NCBI GenBank assembly: GCA_035193785.1
Contig: CP136572.1
Span: 4,852,578-4,916,577 of the forward strand
DNA: 64,000 nucleotides
Source of the DNA: Planktothrix sp. GU0601_MAG3
Lineage (GTDB): Bacteria; Cyanobacteriota; Cyanobacteriia; Cyanobacteriales; Microcoleaceae
Reading direction: 5' to 3'
Shown: positions 43,415 to 55,959 of the stretch, piece by piece
How positions within the stretch are numbered: the first letter of the stretch is position 1
Layout of the letters: every line of letters starts with the position of its first letter
Translations under genes and position numbers: made by a program
Notes under the pieces: model-generated
Told to the model about the DNA's origin: nothing
The model's input: the letters and a program-made list of their open reading frames with translations, nothing else
The model's database searches: none

Positions 43415-45254
43415 TTAAGCAACAGGGGCGCGTTCAGGAACAATAAAGGTTCGCTCCCCCGACAATTCAAAGATTTCGTGAACCGCTTTTAAAGCTTCTA
43501 TGCCTTGGTCTTCATCCACCAAACAACTGATTTTAATTTCAGAAGTAGCAATCATGGAAATATTAATATTTTTGTTAGCTAAAGCCTGAAACATTTTAGC
43601 AGCAACTCCTGGATGATGTAACATTCCCGAACCCACAACACTGAGTTTAGCAATGGATTTATTCACAACAATTTCACCACAGCCTAATTCAGATACGGCC
43701 TGTTCTAAAATCTGTTGAGATTCATCTGCGTCTCCCTGGGCAACGGTAAAAGCAATATCTCGGGTTAAAATCCCATTAATTTGATGACAGCGTTGGGATT
43801 GAATAATCATATCCACGCTAATATTATGTTCGGCTAAAAGAGAGAATATTTTTGCCGCCATCCCCGGACGATCGGGAATATAACGAATGGCTAAACGGGC
43901 TTGTTTAATATCTAATGCCACCCCACGCACGGGGGGTAAAGATTGATCAATTAGGAGTTTTTCTGGTGCAGAATTACCGGATTGTTTTTCGGAAATATCC
44001 ACCTCACAGGATTGACATAAAGCTGCCACAGCCCGTTCACAATCTTCAGCGGCAATCACGCAACTAACCTTAACTTCTGAAGTCGAAATCATCTGAATAT
44101 TAATTCCGGCTTGGGCGAGGGTATTAAACATTTGAGCGGCAACTTTAGGCCGACCAATCATTCCGGCTCCCACAATACTAACCTTAGCAATGGGAGTGTC
44201 ATCTCCGGTGACTTCAGCATCACCAATATTGGAACTATTGGGTTTTCCTAAAACGGGTAATAAGGCGTCGGCAACGGCGATCGCTTTATTAAAATATTTC
44301 CGTTCTACGGTAAAAGTAATATCATTAATATTGCCTTCGTGAATTGATTGGATAATCAAATCAACATCTAAATTTTGTAAAGCAATTCCGCCGAATAATT
44401 TAGCAGCAATTCCGGGGCGATCGGGTATTCTTAATAAAGAAACCGCCGATTGATCCGTATCAAATTCGACTCCATCTACCGGACGAGCTAATTCTAAGCC
44501 TTCTAAGGGTCGAGGTTGGGATTTTGGAGGAATAACTTTGGTTCCAGGATCATCCGTCCAACTGGAACGGACTACTAAAGAAACCCCATAATTTCGGGCT
44601 ATTTCTACGGCGCGAGGATGCAAAACTTTCGCCCCTAAACTGGCGAGTTCTAACATTTCATCACAGGTAATTTCTGTCATTAATTGGGCATTGGGAACCA
44701 AGCGGGGATCGGTGGTTAAAATCCCTGGAACGTCGGTATAAATTTCACATAAATCCGCTTTTAAAGCCGCCGCTAAAGCCACCGCCGAGGTATCAGAACC
44801 GCCCCTTCCTAGGGTAGTAATTTCTAAATCATCTTGACTACTAACCCCCTGAAATCCAGCGATAACTACCACTTGTCCTTGATTTAAGTGACGTTCTATG
44901 CGTTCAGTTTCAATATTTAAAATTCGGGCGCGAGTATGTTCAGCCTCGGTGACAATTCCTACTTGAGCACCAGTTAAAGAAATCGCAGGTTGTCCTAATT
45001 CCTGCAATGCCATACTTAATAAAGCAATACTGACTTGTTCTCCGGTTGAGAGTAACATATCCATCTCTCGACGGTTAGGAATCGGAGAAATTTGTTGGGC
45101 TAAACCAACTAATTGATCTGTGGTTTTTCCCATAGCAGAAAGAACGACAACCACTTGATGATCTTGGGCTGTTTTTAATACCCGTTGAGCAACAGATTGA
45201 ATGCGTTCAACGGAAACCGACAGAACTACCACCGTATTTTTGAATAATTAGCAT
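43415..45254 (-). CDS. lysC: Aspartate kinase (apparent frameshift near 45214)
   Basis: Corrected N-terminus [29 protein letters not shown] domains. Confidence 0.93.
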
Positions 45255-45573
45255 ATTAACTTCAGAGTTAGAAATTGGGATTTGACAATTAAACTAATTT
45301 AAGATTAGGTTGAATCAACCTATTGTATTCTACAGGAAAATAGGAGAAAATCAGCCCCAAGTTTGAAAAAATATTTCAGGGAATCTTGACATAAAGGAGA
45401 TGGAAGTTGGGATTTGGGATGATAATATCATAACACAGAGAAAGGAAACCCAGATTATTTGATGATCTAAGTTGCCAAATATTTATATTTTTTATATAAC
45501 TTATTGGCTCCCACTGAGGTTTTCCTATTTTATTATTTTAGATAGAGACAACATCATTAATCTTGAATACCCA

Positions 45574-48344
45574 ATGTTTCAAAAACTTCCCCTTCGCTTT
45601 ATTTTGATTGTTCCATTTGTCTTACAAATTTTTGCTGCGGTTAGTTTAACGGGCTATTTATCCCTAAAAAATGGTCAGAAGGCAGTAAATAATTTAGCAA
45701 CTCAGTTACAAAATGAAGTCAGTAATCGCATTTATCAACACTTAAATAGTTATCTTTCTATTGCACCACAACTAAATCAATTAAATGCTCATACGATCGC
45801 AATTGGAACCATTAACCCTAATGATTTAACTCAAATAGGCAGGTTATTTTGGCAACAGCGCGTTACCTTTAATATTGGTTATGTATTGTTTGGAACACCT
45901 ACGGGAAAATTTTCTAGTATTGGTAATTATTTTGGGGATAAAAGAATTACCTTCGATACCGTAAATTATCAAGCTTACGGTAGTTCTTTGATGCACACCT
46001 ACCAAATGAATAGCAAGGGAGAACCCACACAACTTGTATTAAAAAGTGATCAAGATTATTTATTTCAAAAAGAGGGATGGTATGTCGCCGGAGCCAAATT
46101 AGGAAAACCTACCTGGAGTAAAGTTTATAACTGGGAAGTTGAACCATTTCCCCTGTCTATTGCCGCCAGTTATCCCTTATTTAATGATAATAATAAATTA
46201 ACCGGGGTCTTGGGCGTAGAAATGCGCTTATCCCAAGTGAGTGATTTTTTACAAAAATTTAAAGTGAGTGCTTCCGGTCAAACTTTCATTATAGAACGGA
46301 ATGGATTACTAATTGCGAGTTCCAGTGCTGAAGAACCTTTTCTGATTAAACCCGGACAAAGACCGCAACGATTAAAAGCCACAGATATTCAACAACCTTT
46401 AATTAAAGCTACAGCAAATTATTTAGGATCACAGATTAAAGATTTTCAAACTATTGAAACAACTCAAAACCTCAAATTTTCTTGGAATCATAATCAACAA
46501 TTTGTGAAAATTACCCCTTGGCGAGATCAGTTGGGGTTAGATTGGTTAGTGGTTGTGGTGGTTTCCAGAATCAGATTTTATGGCGGAAATTGAGGCGAAT
46601 ACTCGGACTACAATTTTTCTATGTTTCGGAGCGTTAATATTAGCAACCCTATCGGGAATTTATACCACCCGTCGAATTACTCAACCGATTTTACGCTTGA
46701 GTTCTGCATCGGAAACCATTGCACAAGAAGCTAAACAAGGGTTTAGGGGTGACTTAGTTAAACCCAGGGTAGAAGAACCAAAAATTAAAGAATTGGGAGT
46801 TTTAGCCCATGCTTTTAATCAAATGATTCAACAGTTACAAGATGCTTTTGTTACCTTAGAACAGACAAATAAGGCTTTAGAAAAACGGGTGGAAGAACGC
46901 ACTATTGAACTAAAAACCGCCAAGGAAAAAGCGGACGCTGCCAATCAAGCAAAAAGTGAATTTTTAGCTAATATGAGCCATGAATTACGCACTCCCTTAA
47001 ACGGAATTTTGGGTTATGCTCAGATTTTACAACAATTAGAGCCTCTGACGGCTAAAGGACAGAAAGGGGTGGGAGTTATTCAACAATGTGGCTATCATTT
47101 ATTAACCCTAATTAATGATGTTTTAGATCTGTCTAAAATTGAAGCTCGCAAAATGGAACTTTACCCTTCGGATTTTCATTTCCCAGCATTTTTAGAAGGG
47201 GTAGTCGAAATTTGTAATATCAAAGCTGAACAGAAAAAAATTAAGTTTAATTATCGACCCCAAGAGGGTCTTCCGATTGGAATTAAAGCCGATGAAAAAC
47301 GTCTGAGACAAGTATTAATTAATTTATTAGGAAATGCAATTAAATTTACGGATAAAGGTAGTGTAACCTTTTCAATTCAAGCCATATTCATCCCCCAAAC
47401 TTCTATATATCGCCTACACTTTCAAATTAAAGATACTGGAGTTGGGATGAGTTCGGAACAATTATCCCGAATTTTTCTGCCCTTTGAACAAGTAGGAGAA
47501 ACCAGTAAAAATGCCGAGGGGACAGGTTTAGGATTAGCGATTAGTAAACAAATTGTTTCTTTAATGGGAAGCCAACTTCAGGTACAAAGTCAAGAGGGAC
47601 AAGGAAGTATTTTCTGGTTTGATGTAGAATTATCAGAAGCCAAAGAATGGGCAAATACCTCTCGCAATATTCAGACAGGAAGCGTTAGTGGATATCAAGG
47701 AGAACGAAGAACTATTTTAGTTGTGGATGATAATTGGGCAAATCGTTTCTGTGATTGTGAACTTATTAGAACCGATTGGATTTAAAGTTATAGAAACAAA
47801 TAATGGTCAGGAAGGATTGCAGCAGGCGATCGCAATTCTCCCGGATTTAATTATTACTGATTTGGCTATGCCTGTGATGGATGGGTTGGCATTAATTAAT
47901 CTGTTACGTCAATCGCCAAAACTAAAAGATATTGTGGTAATTGCTTCCTCTGCTAGTGTATTTGATACTGATCAACACCGCAGTTTAGATGCGGGGGCTA
48001 ATGGGTTTTTACCTAAACCAATTTCAGCTAATTTATTACTAGATTTATTGCAAGTTCATCTAAAATTGGAGTGGATTTATATTTCCTCTGAACCTCCCGC
48101 TAAAAATATGAATCAATCCGTAGATACTCAACCCGAAAATCCAAAAATTCCGGTTGAAATCCTATCCAGATTATATGAATTAGCCCAAGAAGGAGATGTA
48201 GATGGTATACTGGCAGAAGTGGATCTGGTTGAAACAAATTATCCAGTTTATTCTGCCTTTACTCAAGAAGTTATCCAGCTTACAGAAAACTTTCAACTCA
48301 AAAAGTTGCGAGAGTTATTGAGTGAAACCCTCAGCCAATCTTAA
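45574..48344 (+). CDS. Cache/HAMP hybrid sensor histidine kinase with receiver (apparent frameshifts near 46563 and 47747)
   Basis: [28 protein letters not shown]. Confidence 0.9.
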
Positions 48345-48393
48345 ACCCTTAATTTTTTCTGTAAAATCAAAATAAAATCTCCTACTTTTATCC

Positions 48394-49672
48394 ATGAAAG
48401 ACCTTGATTTTATCCTAATTGTTGATGACAACCCTACCAATTTATCGGTCTTATCCCAAACCTTAAAGGGTGCAGGATTTGCCGTGCGAGTAGCTGAAGA
48501 TGGAGAAAGTGCTTTACAATTAGTTGAACGGAAACAACCCACCCTAATTTTATTAGATGTACAAATGCCTGGTATTGATGGGTTTGAAACTTGCAAAAAA
48601 TTAAAAGCCGATCCAAAAAACCAAGAAATTCCGATTATTTTTTTAACGGCTTTAACGGATGTTAAAAATAAAGTCAAAGGACTTTCTTTAGGGGCGGTTG
48701 ATTATATTTCTAAACCCTTTGAACAGGAGGAGGTTTTAGCTCGAGTTCGGGTGCATTTACAACTCAAAAATTTAACGGAAACCCTAGAACAACGGGTGGC
48801 GGAAAGAACGGCAGTTTTAGAACAAGCTCAAGTTCAATTAGTTCAACAAGAAAAACTTTCAAGTCTGGGACAATTAGTGACAGGAATTGCCCATGAAATG
48901 AATAATCCGATTAGTTGTATTGTTAATAATATTCCCCCAGCCCAGGAATACTTTAGGGATATCAACCATATTTTAAATTTGTGTAAAACCCATTATCAGC
49001 AGCTACCAAAATCATTACAAAATGCCATAATTGCGGCGGATTTAGATTTTGTTTTAGATGATTTAAACAAACTGCTAACTTCCATAAAATTAAGCACTAC
49101 TCGCATCCAAGATATTTCCATCTCTTTAAGAAATTTTGCCCGTTTCTGACTCCTCAACTAAGGTTTTATTTGATATTCATGAAGGGATTGATAGCACCCT
49201 GTTAATTTTGAGTCATCGCTTCAAAGCATTAGGAGAAAGATCTGCTATTGAATTAGTTAAAGAATATGGTGATTTACCGCTTATTGAGTGTTATCCTGGG
49301 CAATTGAATCAAGTTTTTATGAATATTTTGGCAAATGCTATTGACGCCTTGGAAGAAGCGGATAACGATGGACTGTTTAACCATCGTATTCCTAGGATCA
49401 AAGTTCAAACGATGCAACCCGAACCCCAATCAATTTCCATTAAAATTTCTGATAATGGAATTGGGATGACTGAGGAAATTAGCCAGCGAGTTTTTGAACC
49501 TTTATTTACGACCAAATCTATCGGTCATGGAACTGGATTAGGATTACTCATTGTTAATCAAATTATTGAAAAACATCAGGGTAAATTGAATCTGTATTCA
49601 ACTCCAGGACAGGGTACAACATTAGAAATTATACTTCCGATTATTAGTTTTTTAGGTGAGATATCGGAGTAA
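48394..49672 (+). CDS. Receiver-histidine kinase (apparent frameshift near 49144)
   Basis: VDD..DVQMP..KPF; AHEMNNP; GTGLGL. Confidence 0.9.
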
Positions 49673-49884
49673 AATATTAATATTTGCTTTGTCCCAACCT
49701 CTTTAAATTCAGAACTGCCTAAAAAGTATTGATTATAAAAATAATATAAAATTACTCGATCAGATTGCAGTTGAGTTCTGAGTTTATCCAGTTCTGTTGA
49801 TAATTGTATCATAAACTGATAATATTGAGCCAATGAATGATCGAAAGTAAATTAAATTTTAGCTTTTATTTGGATTTCCAGCTT

Positions 49885-50677
49885 ATGCTAACGGCCGAAC
49901 AACAAAAGGAATTATTGATTCAACTTTCTCAATCAATTGCCAAGTTGGGTATTCAATTTCTCATAGCAGTTCTGATCCTAATAATGGGTCTGTGGTTGGC
50001 AAAAATTATCCAAAATTTAACTAAAAGTCTGATGATTAAGGCTCAAGTTGAGCCCACCCTAATTAGATTTTTTGTTAACTTAATTTACATGGCGACGGTT
50101 ACCTTTGTGGTTTTAACTGCCCTGGGAAAGTTGGGATTGAAAACCACATCCTTTGTAGCAGTTTTAGGCGCCGCCGGGTTAGCTATTGGTTTGTCTTTGC
50201 AGGGGTCTTTATCTAATTTTGCTTCGGGTGTATTTATGATTTTTTTCCGCCCCTTCAAAGTCCATGATTATATTGAAGGGGGGGGAGTAGAGGGAATAGT
50301 TGAGGAAATCCAAATTTTTACTACCTTGTTAAAAACACCCGATAATAAAACAATTATTATTCCCAATAGTAAGCTCTACGGAGATAAAATAGTAAATCAC
50401 TCAATTCAACCGATCCGGCGGGTTGATATTAGGTTAAATTTTAGTTATCAGACTAATCTGGATCAGGTTAGAGAACTTTTTAAGACTTTGGTTAAAACTG
50501 ATTCACGGATTTTATTAGAAACCGATACCGGATATTGAGATTCAGGAAATAGCTGCGGGTGGGATTAAAACTTTATTAACGGTTTGGGTGGTTAATTCTG
50601 ACTATTTTCGGGTACGTTCTGACCTGAATCAACGGCTGAAACAAAGCTTAGACGGAGATGAGATTCAATTGGTTTGA
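49885..50677 (+). CDS. mscS: MscS mechanosensitive channel (apparent frameshift near 50520)
   Basis: GAAGLAIGLSLQG.LSNF, RPF, IPN. Confidence 0.88.
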
Positions 50678-50758
50678 TCCATTTGTTGTCAAGGTGCGAT
50701 CGCAAAAATTGGAATTATTTGTGCTATAACTACCCATAACAGTTAGGCAAACTAAAAT

Positions 50759-50902
50759 ATGGCATCCGACTTAGATCGTGGAATTATGAAGTTTAAAGGG
50801 GCGGACAGTCCCACGGCAATTATTATTTCTTCTGTGCTGGTTTTGGGAGGTATCGGCGTTCTAGTTTGGTGGGCACTGCAAACAGCCTATTCTCTGTCTT
50901 GA
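50759..50902 (+). CDS. 47-aa single-TM small protein (not in ORF track)
   Basis: MASDLDRGIMKFKGADSPTAIIISSVLVLGGIGVLVWWALQTAYSLS, followed by hairpins. Confidence 0.65.
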   Translation: MASDLDRGIMKFKGADSPTAIIISSVLVLGGIGVLVWWALQTAYSLS

Positions 50903-51079
50903 TCAGGAACTATAACGGAGATTGATATTAAAAGGTCAATCTCCATTAATATTTTAGCAACTGGGTTTCTTGCAGAAATCCAGTTTTTTTTGCTTCTAAC
51001 TGTGGGAAAAGGGTTATATTAAGATCACAGAGGTGCGATTAATCTTCGTCGCAAGTCTAGCCAAAGAAAGGAAAATAGT

Positions 51080-51988
51080 ATGTTTGAAATTAAACAAGGG
51101 TTATTTCAGTTTGAATTTATGGATAATCACGGGATTTTAGGGGTTTCCCTAGAGGCCGAATTTGACGATATTCGCAAACGCTATATGCAGATTGCCCGGC
51201 GTTTACATCCCGATACCTGTCCCTTTGAGAACCCCCAAGATCGAGAGTTAGCTAAACAATTATTAGCTAAATTAGTCAGTCCAGCCTATAATCAGTTTTC
51301 TAAGGAAGCTGAACGGAAGGAATATACACTGCTATTAAAAACCATTGGCGATCGCATCGTTAAAGAACAACATAACCTCAAACCCCAAACCGAATCTGCT
51401 CAAAAACTTCTCCAAGCCTCCGATTATCAAAATGCCTATGAAAGCGCAATTAAAGAGTTAGCAAAACATCAATATGAATCCCCGGAAAAGGTCTTAGATA
51501 TTACCGGGGAAATTAGTGAGTTAAACCTGGTTTATTTGCTGCGTAAAAATCAAAAAGGTGCCGCGCCTCCATCTCCTAAAGTTCCCGAAACAACCTCCAC
51601 CTCCCACTCAGTAACACCCAAAAAAGATTCCTTTGTGGAACAAGCCTGTCACCGTGCCGAACAGTTAATTGCTAGTCAGAACTATCCCCAAGCTGCTTCA
51701 GAATTAAAAGATGCCATTAAACGGCAACCTGATAATAGTCGTTGTCATGGTTTATTGGGGTTAGTTTATGTCAAACAAAATCAACCTAAACTAGCTACTC
51801 CCCATATTAATCGAGCCTTAGAACTTGATCCCAAACAACCCCAAGCCCTAGAAGCCAAAAAAGAACTAGAAAAACCCACAGCCCCCGCCGGGACAAAATC
51901 TAAAACCGCTCAACAAACGGCTAAAAAATCCGATAAATCCTCCGGTGGTGGGTTATTTGGGGGTTTATTTGGCGGCAAGAAAAAATAG
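51080..51988 (+). CDS. J-domain plus TPR protein
   Basis: HPD motif; TPR; GLFGGLFGGKKK tail. Confidence 0.88.
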   Translation: MFEIKQGLFQFEFMDNHGILGVSLEAEFDDIRKRYMQIARRLHPDTCPFENPQDRELAKQLLAKLVSPAYNQFSKEAERKEYTLLLKTIGDRIVKEQHNLKPQTESAQKLLQASDYQNAYESAIKELAKHQYESPEKVLDITGEISELNLVYLLRKNQKGAAPPSPKVPETTSTSHSVTPKKDSFVEQACHRAEQLIASQNYPQAASELKDAIKRQPDNSRCHGLLGLVYVKQNQPKLATPHINRALELDPKQPQALEAKKELEKPTAPAGTKSKTAQQTAKKSDKSSGGGLFGGLFGGKKK

Positions 51989-52045
51989 AAATGATCGCAC
52001 CCAGGGGCATCGAATAAAAAGGTATTAAAGCTGTTTAACTAAATC

Positions 52046-52307
52046 ATGTCTAAACTCACGGGTTTATCATCTTCTAAAATCGGACTAACTTGGTTAATTG
52101 TGGCAGCTATTGTCACCATTATTTTATATAGCAATCCTAAATAGGTTGTAACATTTCAATACTGATATGAAACAGTCAGAAGTATTACCCCAGATCCGGT
52201 GTTCCCTGTTCCCTTTTGATCAGGAATTTTGAACACAACTCAAATAGGATTGCTATAGTTTAATTTTTGGGGTGAGTTTGAAGATCGCCTATGGCTCCAA
52301 TAATTAA
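52046..52307 (+). pseudogene. Remnant of a membrane protein gene (M50-peptidase-like ends) interrupted by a MITE
   Basis: MSKLTGLSSSKIGLTWLIVAAIVTIIL | MITE | SLIFGVSLKIAYGSNN*. Confidence 0.45.
52127..52257. mobile_element. 131-bp MITE
   Basis: TIRs TATAGCAATCCTA / TAGGATTGCTATA. Confidence 0.75.
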
Positions 52308-52417
52308 AAATCACAGTTTTAATTAATTTTTAGTCCGTGGGTAACAGAATAGGGTATGGTAAAGAAAGTTACAAATTTATCGGTTTGTAACTCTATGTTA
52401 ATTCTTAATTCTCTAGT

Positions 52418-53650
52418 ATGGTTTATCAACCCCCATCGGGTGCGCGAGATTTACTTCCCCTCGATGTTGCTCAAAAAATTTGGATTGAACGGCGCTTACA
52501 ACAGGTATTTCACCGTTGGGGCTATCATCGAATTATTACCTCCACCTTAGAACGGTTGGACACCCTGATGGCTGGAGGGGCGGTACAACCCTCAACCGTA
52601 ATTCAACTGCAAGATGCCGAAAATCAGGGTCTAGGACTGCGCCCCGAATTAACCGCATCCATCGCCAGGGCCATTGCGACTCGCATGGCGAAGCTACCAT
52701 CATGGCCCCAACGCCTCTATTACAATGCCAATGTCTTCCGCAAAGGTAAAGCCCTTGATCACGGACAACAGTTAGAATTTTATCAAGCCGGGGTGGAACT
52801 TTTGGGCGCTGCTGGGTTACGCGCCGATTCGGAAATTCTGTTATTGTTGCGGGACTGTCTGCAAAGTTTGGAGTTAAATAATGCCGATTTAATTGTGGGA
52901 GAAGCGGGTTTAACTCAATCGTTATTATCACCTTTTCCAACTAAAGAACGGGAAAAAGTTAGAACGGCGATCGCTAATTTAGATAGAATTGGTTTAGAAT
53001 CCCTATCACTTTCTTCAGAACTTCGAGAGCGTGCGTTATTTTTATTTGATTTACGCGGCCGTCCCGAAACCGTATTATCCCAAGTTTCTCAACTAGATTT
53101 AGATCCCAACCAACGGCAAGCAGTTAATAACCTAAAATCCTTAATGGAACTATTGCAAAAATGTTGGGAAAATTCCGAAATTCAACCCTCAATTACCCTG
53201 GATTTAAGTTTAGTTCAAACCTTTGATTATTACACCGGAATTGTATTTATTGCCGTGAGTGATACCGCATCGGGAACCCGGGTATTAGGACAGGGCGGAC
53301 GTTATGACCAACTTCTAGGACTATACCATCCCCAAGGACAAACCGAACCCGGAATTGGGTTTTCTTTAAATATTGAAAACCTGCATCAAGTATTATTAGG
53401 ACGGGGTGAACTCCCCCATAAAACCCCCGCCAGTGATTGGTTAGTCGTCCCTCAAACCTCCCAAGCCGATGCAGCCGCCTTTGCCTATGCTAGTCAGTTA
53501 AGGCAGTCTGGTGAGTTAGTGCGGGTGGAAGTGGAGTTAGGGCGTCGGGAAACCCCCGAAGATATCCGCGACTATGCCCGACGTCGAGGCATTGATCAAA
53601 TTGCTTGGGTTAATGTTGAGGGAAACCCAACAATTGAAAAAATTGTCTAA
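52418..53650 (+). CDS. hisZ: ATP phosphoribosyltransferase regulatory subunit
   Basis: PSGARDLLP, LRPELTASIAR, YYTGIVF, GGRYD. Confidence 0.93.
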   Translation: MVYQPPSGARDLLPLDVAQKIWIERRLQQVFHRWGYHRIITSTLERLDTLMAGGAVQPSTVIQLQDAENQGLGLRPELTASIARAIATRMAKLPSWPQRLYYNANVFRKGKALDHGQQLEFYQAGVELLGAAGLRADSEILLLLRDCLQSLELNNADLIVGEAGLTQSLLSPFPTKEREKVRTAIANLDRIGLESLSLSSELRERALFLFDLRGRPETVLSQVSQLDLDPNQRQAVNNLKSLMELLQKCWENSEIQPSITLDLSLVQTFDYYTGIVFIAVSDTASGTRVLGQGGRYDQLLGLYHPQGQTEPGIGFSLNIENLHQVLLGRGELPHKTPASDWLVVPQTSQADAAAFAYASQLRQSGELVRVEVELGRRETPEDIRDYARRRGIDQIAWVNVEGNPTIEKIV

Positions 53651-53791
53651 TTGTGGAGTCGGTAAATTGTGGAATATTTCTAATTAATTTTAGGATAACA
53701 GTTTCACCTACTCTATCATTTTATCCCTGGCAAACTTGTCAGCTATTAAAAAGCATCAACCGCCTTATTTTCAAGTAGGAGAAAACTAACC

Positions 53792-54019
53792 ATGCCCCAT
53801 AGTATTGTCACTAATATTTGTGAAGGTGTCGCCGATTGTGTGGCGGCTTGTCCCGTTGCCTGTATTCATGAAGGGCCAGAAAAAAATATCAAAGGCACTG
53901 ATTGGTATTGGATTGATTTTTCTACCTGTATTGACTGCGGAATTTGTCTACAAGTTTGCCCCGTTGAAGGAGCAATTGTAGCAGAAGAACGCCCCGAATT
54001 ACAGAAAACTCCCCAATAA
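53792..54019 (+). CDS. Dicluster ferredoxin
   Basis: CEGVADCVAACP, CIDCGICLQVCP. Confidence 0.9.
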   Translation: MPHSIVTNICEGVADCVAACPVACIHEGPEKNIKGTDWYWIDFSTCIDCGICLQVCPVEGAIVAEERPELQKTPQ

Positions 54020-54021
54020 AA

Positions 54022-54209
54022 GGGTAATGGGTAATGGGTAATGGGTAATAGGTAATGGGTAATGGGTAATAGTTTACTCCCCCTGCCTCCCCCTGCTCCC
54101 CCTGCTCCCCCTGCTCCCCCTGCCTCCCCTGCCTCCCCTGCTCCCCCTGCCTCCCCTGCTCCCCCTGCCTCCCCTGCCTCCCCTGCCTCCCCTACTCCCC
54201 CTGCTCCCT
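54022..54209. repeat. GGGTAAT heptamers followed by CCCCTGC(C)T tandem repeats
   Basis: Directly visible. Confidence 0.9.
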
Positions 54210-54240
54210 CTCTCAACTCTGAAAAATCTAATGATTTAAT

Positions 54241-55189
54241 ATGGAAAACTCTAATATATTGGGTCGAGAGATTTATCAAAGAATTAATCATAATATTCAG
54301 CAGGTAATGAAAGGGCAATCCCTAGGGATTAGAAAGCTATTAGCTGCCTTTTTTAGTGGGGGTCATGTCCTACTTGAAGATTATCCCGGAACCGGAAAAA
54401 CCACCCTGGCTAAAGCCCTTGCCGCCTCCATAGATGCTAGTTTTAAACGGATTCAATTCACCCCGGATCTTTTACCTTCAGATATTTTAGGGGTTTCTAT
54501 TTTTGACCAGAATCAGCGCGGTTTTCATTTCCATGAAGGGCCGATTTTTTCCAATATTGTTTTAGCCGATGAAATTAACCGAGCTTCTCCTAGAAACTCA
54601 ATCGGCAATGTTAGAAGCCATGGCAGAATCTCAAGTTAGTATTGATGGAAATTTGAGAAAACTCAAGGATTTATTTTTCGTGATTGCGACTCAAAATCCG
54701 GTTGAATCTCACGGCACTTATCCCCTTCCCGAAGCCCAAATGGATCGATTTGCCCTACAATTTAGTTTAGGTTATATTTTACCCGAAGATGAAGTTAATT
54801 TACTCTCGGATCAAATTAATCAAAATCCCATTGATACCCTCAAATCCTGTGTTTCCTTACCGGAAATCTTGGCTTTAAAACAACAGGTAAAACAAATTAG
54901 AATCAGTGCGGAAATCAAGCGTTATATTGTTGATTTAATTAATGCTACTCGCACCGCAACCGATGTACAATTGGGAGCCAGTCCCAGGGCATCTATTGCC
55001 TTAATGAAAATAGCCCAAGCCTTAGCTTTATTTGATGGCTATGAATTTGTCACCCCCGAACAAATCCAAGAATTGGCTATCCCGGTTATTGCCCATCGTT
55101 TAGTCTTAGAACCCCGTTCAAGATTTACAGGGAGAACCGCCCCGGTAATTGTAGAAGAAATTATTAAATCTGTTCCTGTTCCTTCCTAA
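54241..55189 (+). CDS. MoxR AAA+ ATPase (apparent frameshift near 54595)
   Basis: PGTGKT, RIQFTPDLLPSD, DEINR, ATQNP. Confidence 0.92.
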
Positions 55190-55250
55190 TAAGTATTAAA
55201 ATAAAATGGTATAATTTGAGAGTATCAACAATAATAAAAAAACAATCACC

Positions 55251-55898
55251 ATGGAAATGCTATTAACCCAAACCGACTTAAAACAAAAATTAATTACTAA
55301 AATTCAGTCGATTCAATCCCAACTGGGCGGAATAGAAGGAACTCCCATCACAGATGTTAAAATTAAACCCGATGTCGCCGCAGAAATCGAAGCGATGGTA
55401 ATTCAATTAGAAGCGAAAAACCCTAACTATCGACCCTTACTATTCAAACCATTATTATTAGATGGAGCTTGGTTGCTGCTCTATTCCACTGCTAGAGAAA
55501 TTCGTAATTTAGCCTCACTTCCTTTAGGGTTAAAAGTCGGAAAAATCTATCAAATTATTGATGTGGCTTCCGGCAGTTTTTTGAATCAAGCCTTCGTTAA
55601 ACATCCATTAGGATTGATTTCTGGCTATGTGAAAGTAACGGCTAATTTTGAAATTGTCCGTGATGATAATAACCTACCGAATAACCGCCTAAATGTTTAT
55701 TTTCAACAACGTTATTTAGCCATTTCTAATATTTTAGGGGTTAAAACTCCGCAACTGGAACCTGCCAGGGTTGTCCCGGCAAAAAATCCCGTTGGACGTA
55801 TTCCCAGTTTAGAAATTACCTACCTTGATGAAACTTTCCGTATTGGTCGAGGGGGAGATGGCAGTTTATTTGTTTTGATTAAAAGTGAATTACCATAA
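55251..55898 (+). CDS. PAP/fibrillin family protein
   Basis: LEAKNP..LDGAWLLLYST..ITYLDETFRIGRG. Confidence 0.88.
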   Translation: MEMLLTQTDLKQKLITKIQSIQSQLGGIEGTPITDVKIKPDVAAEIEAMVIQLEAKNPNYRPLLFKPLLLDGAWLLLYSTAREIRNLASLPLGLKVGKIYQIIDVASGSFLNQAFVKHPLGLISGYVKVTANFEIVRDDNNLPNNRLNVYFQQRYLAISNILGVKTPQLEPARVVPAKNPVGRIPSLEITYLDETFRIGRGGDGSLFVLIKSELP

Positions 55899-55959
55899 TA
55901 GCAGCAGGTAGACACTTACACGAGCAAACCCAGATGTTAAATAACTCAATTAAGGAGAA

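Noticed and set aside
49576..49833. ORF with a GAF-like start (LQSDRVILYYF)
   Set aside because: Similarity stops after ~35 aa and the ORF overlaps the kinase; at most a small remnant.
53866..54318. Gly/Ala-rich and Pro-rich ORFs
   Set aside because: Translations of the intergenic CCCCTGCT tandem repeat.
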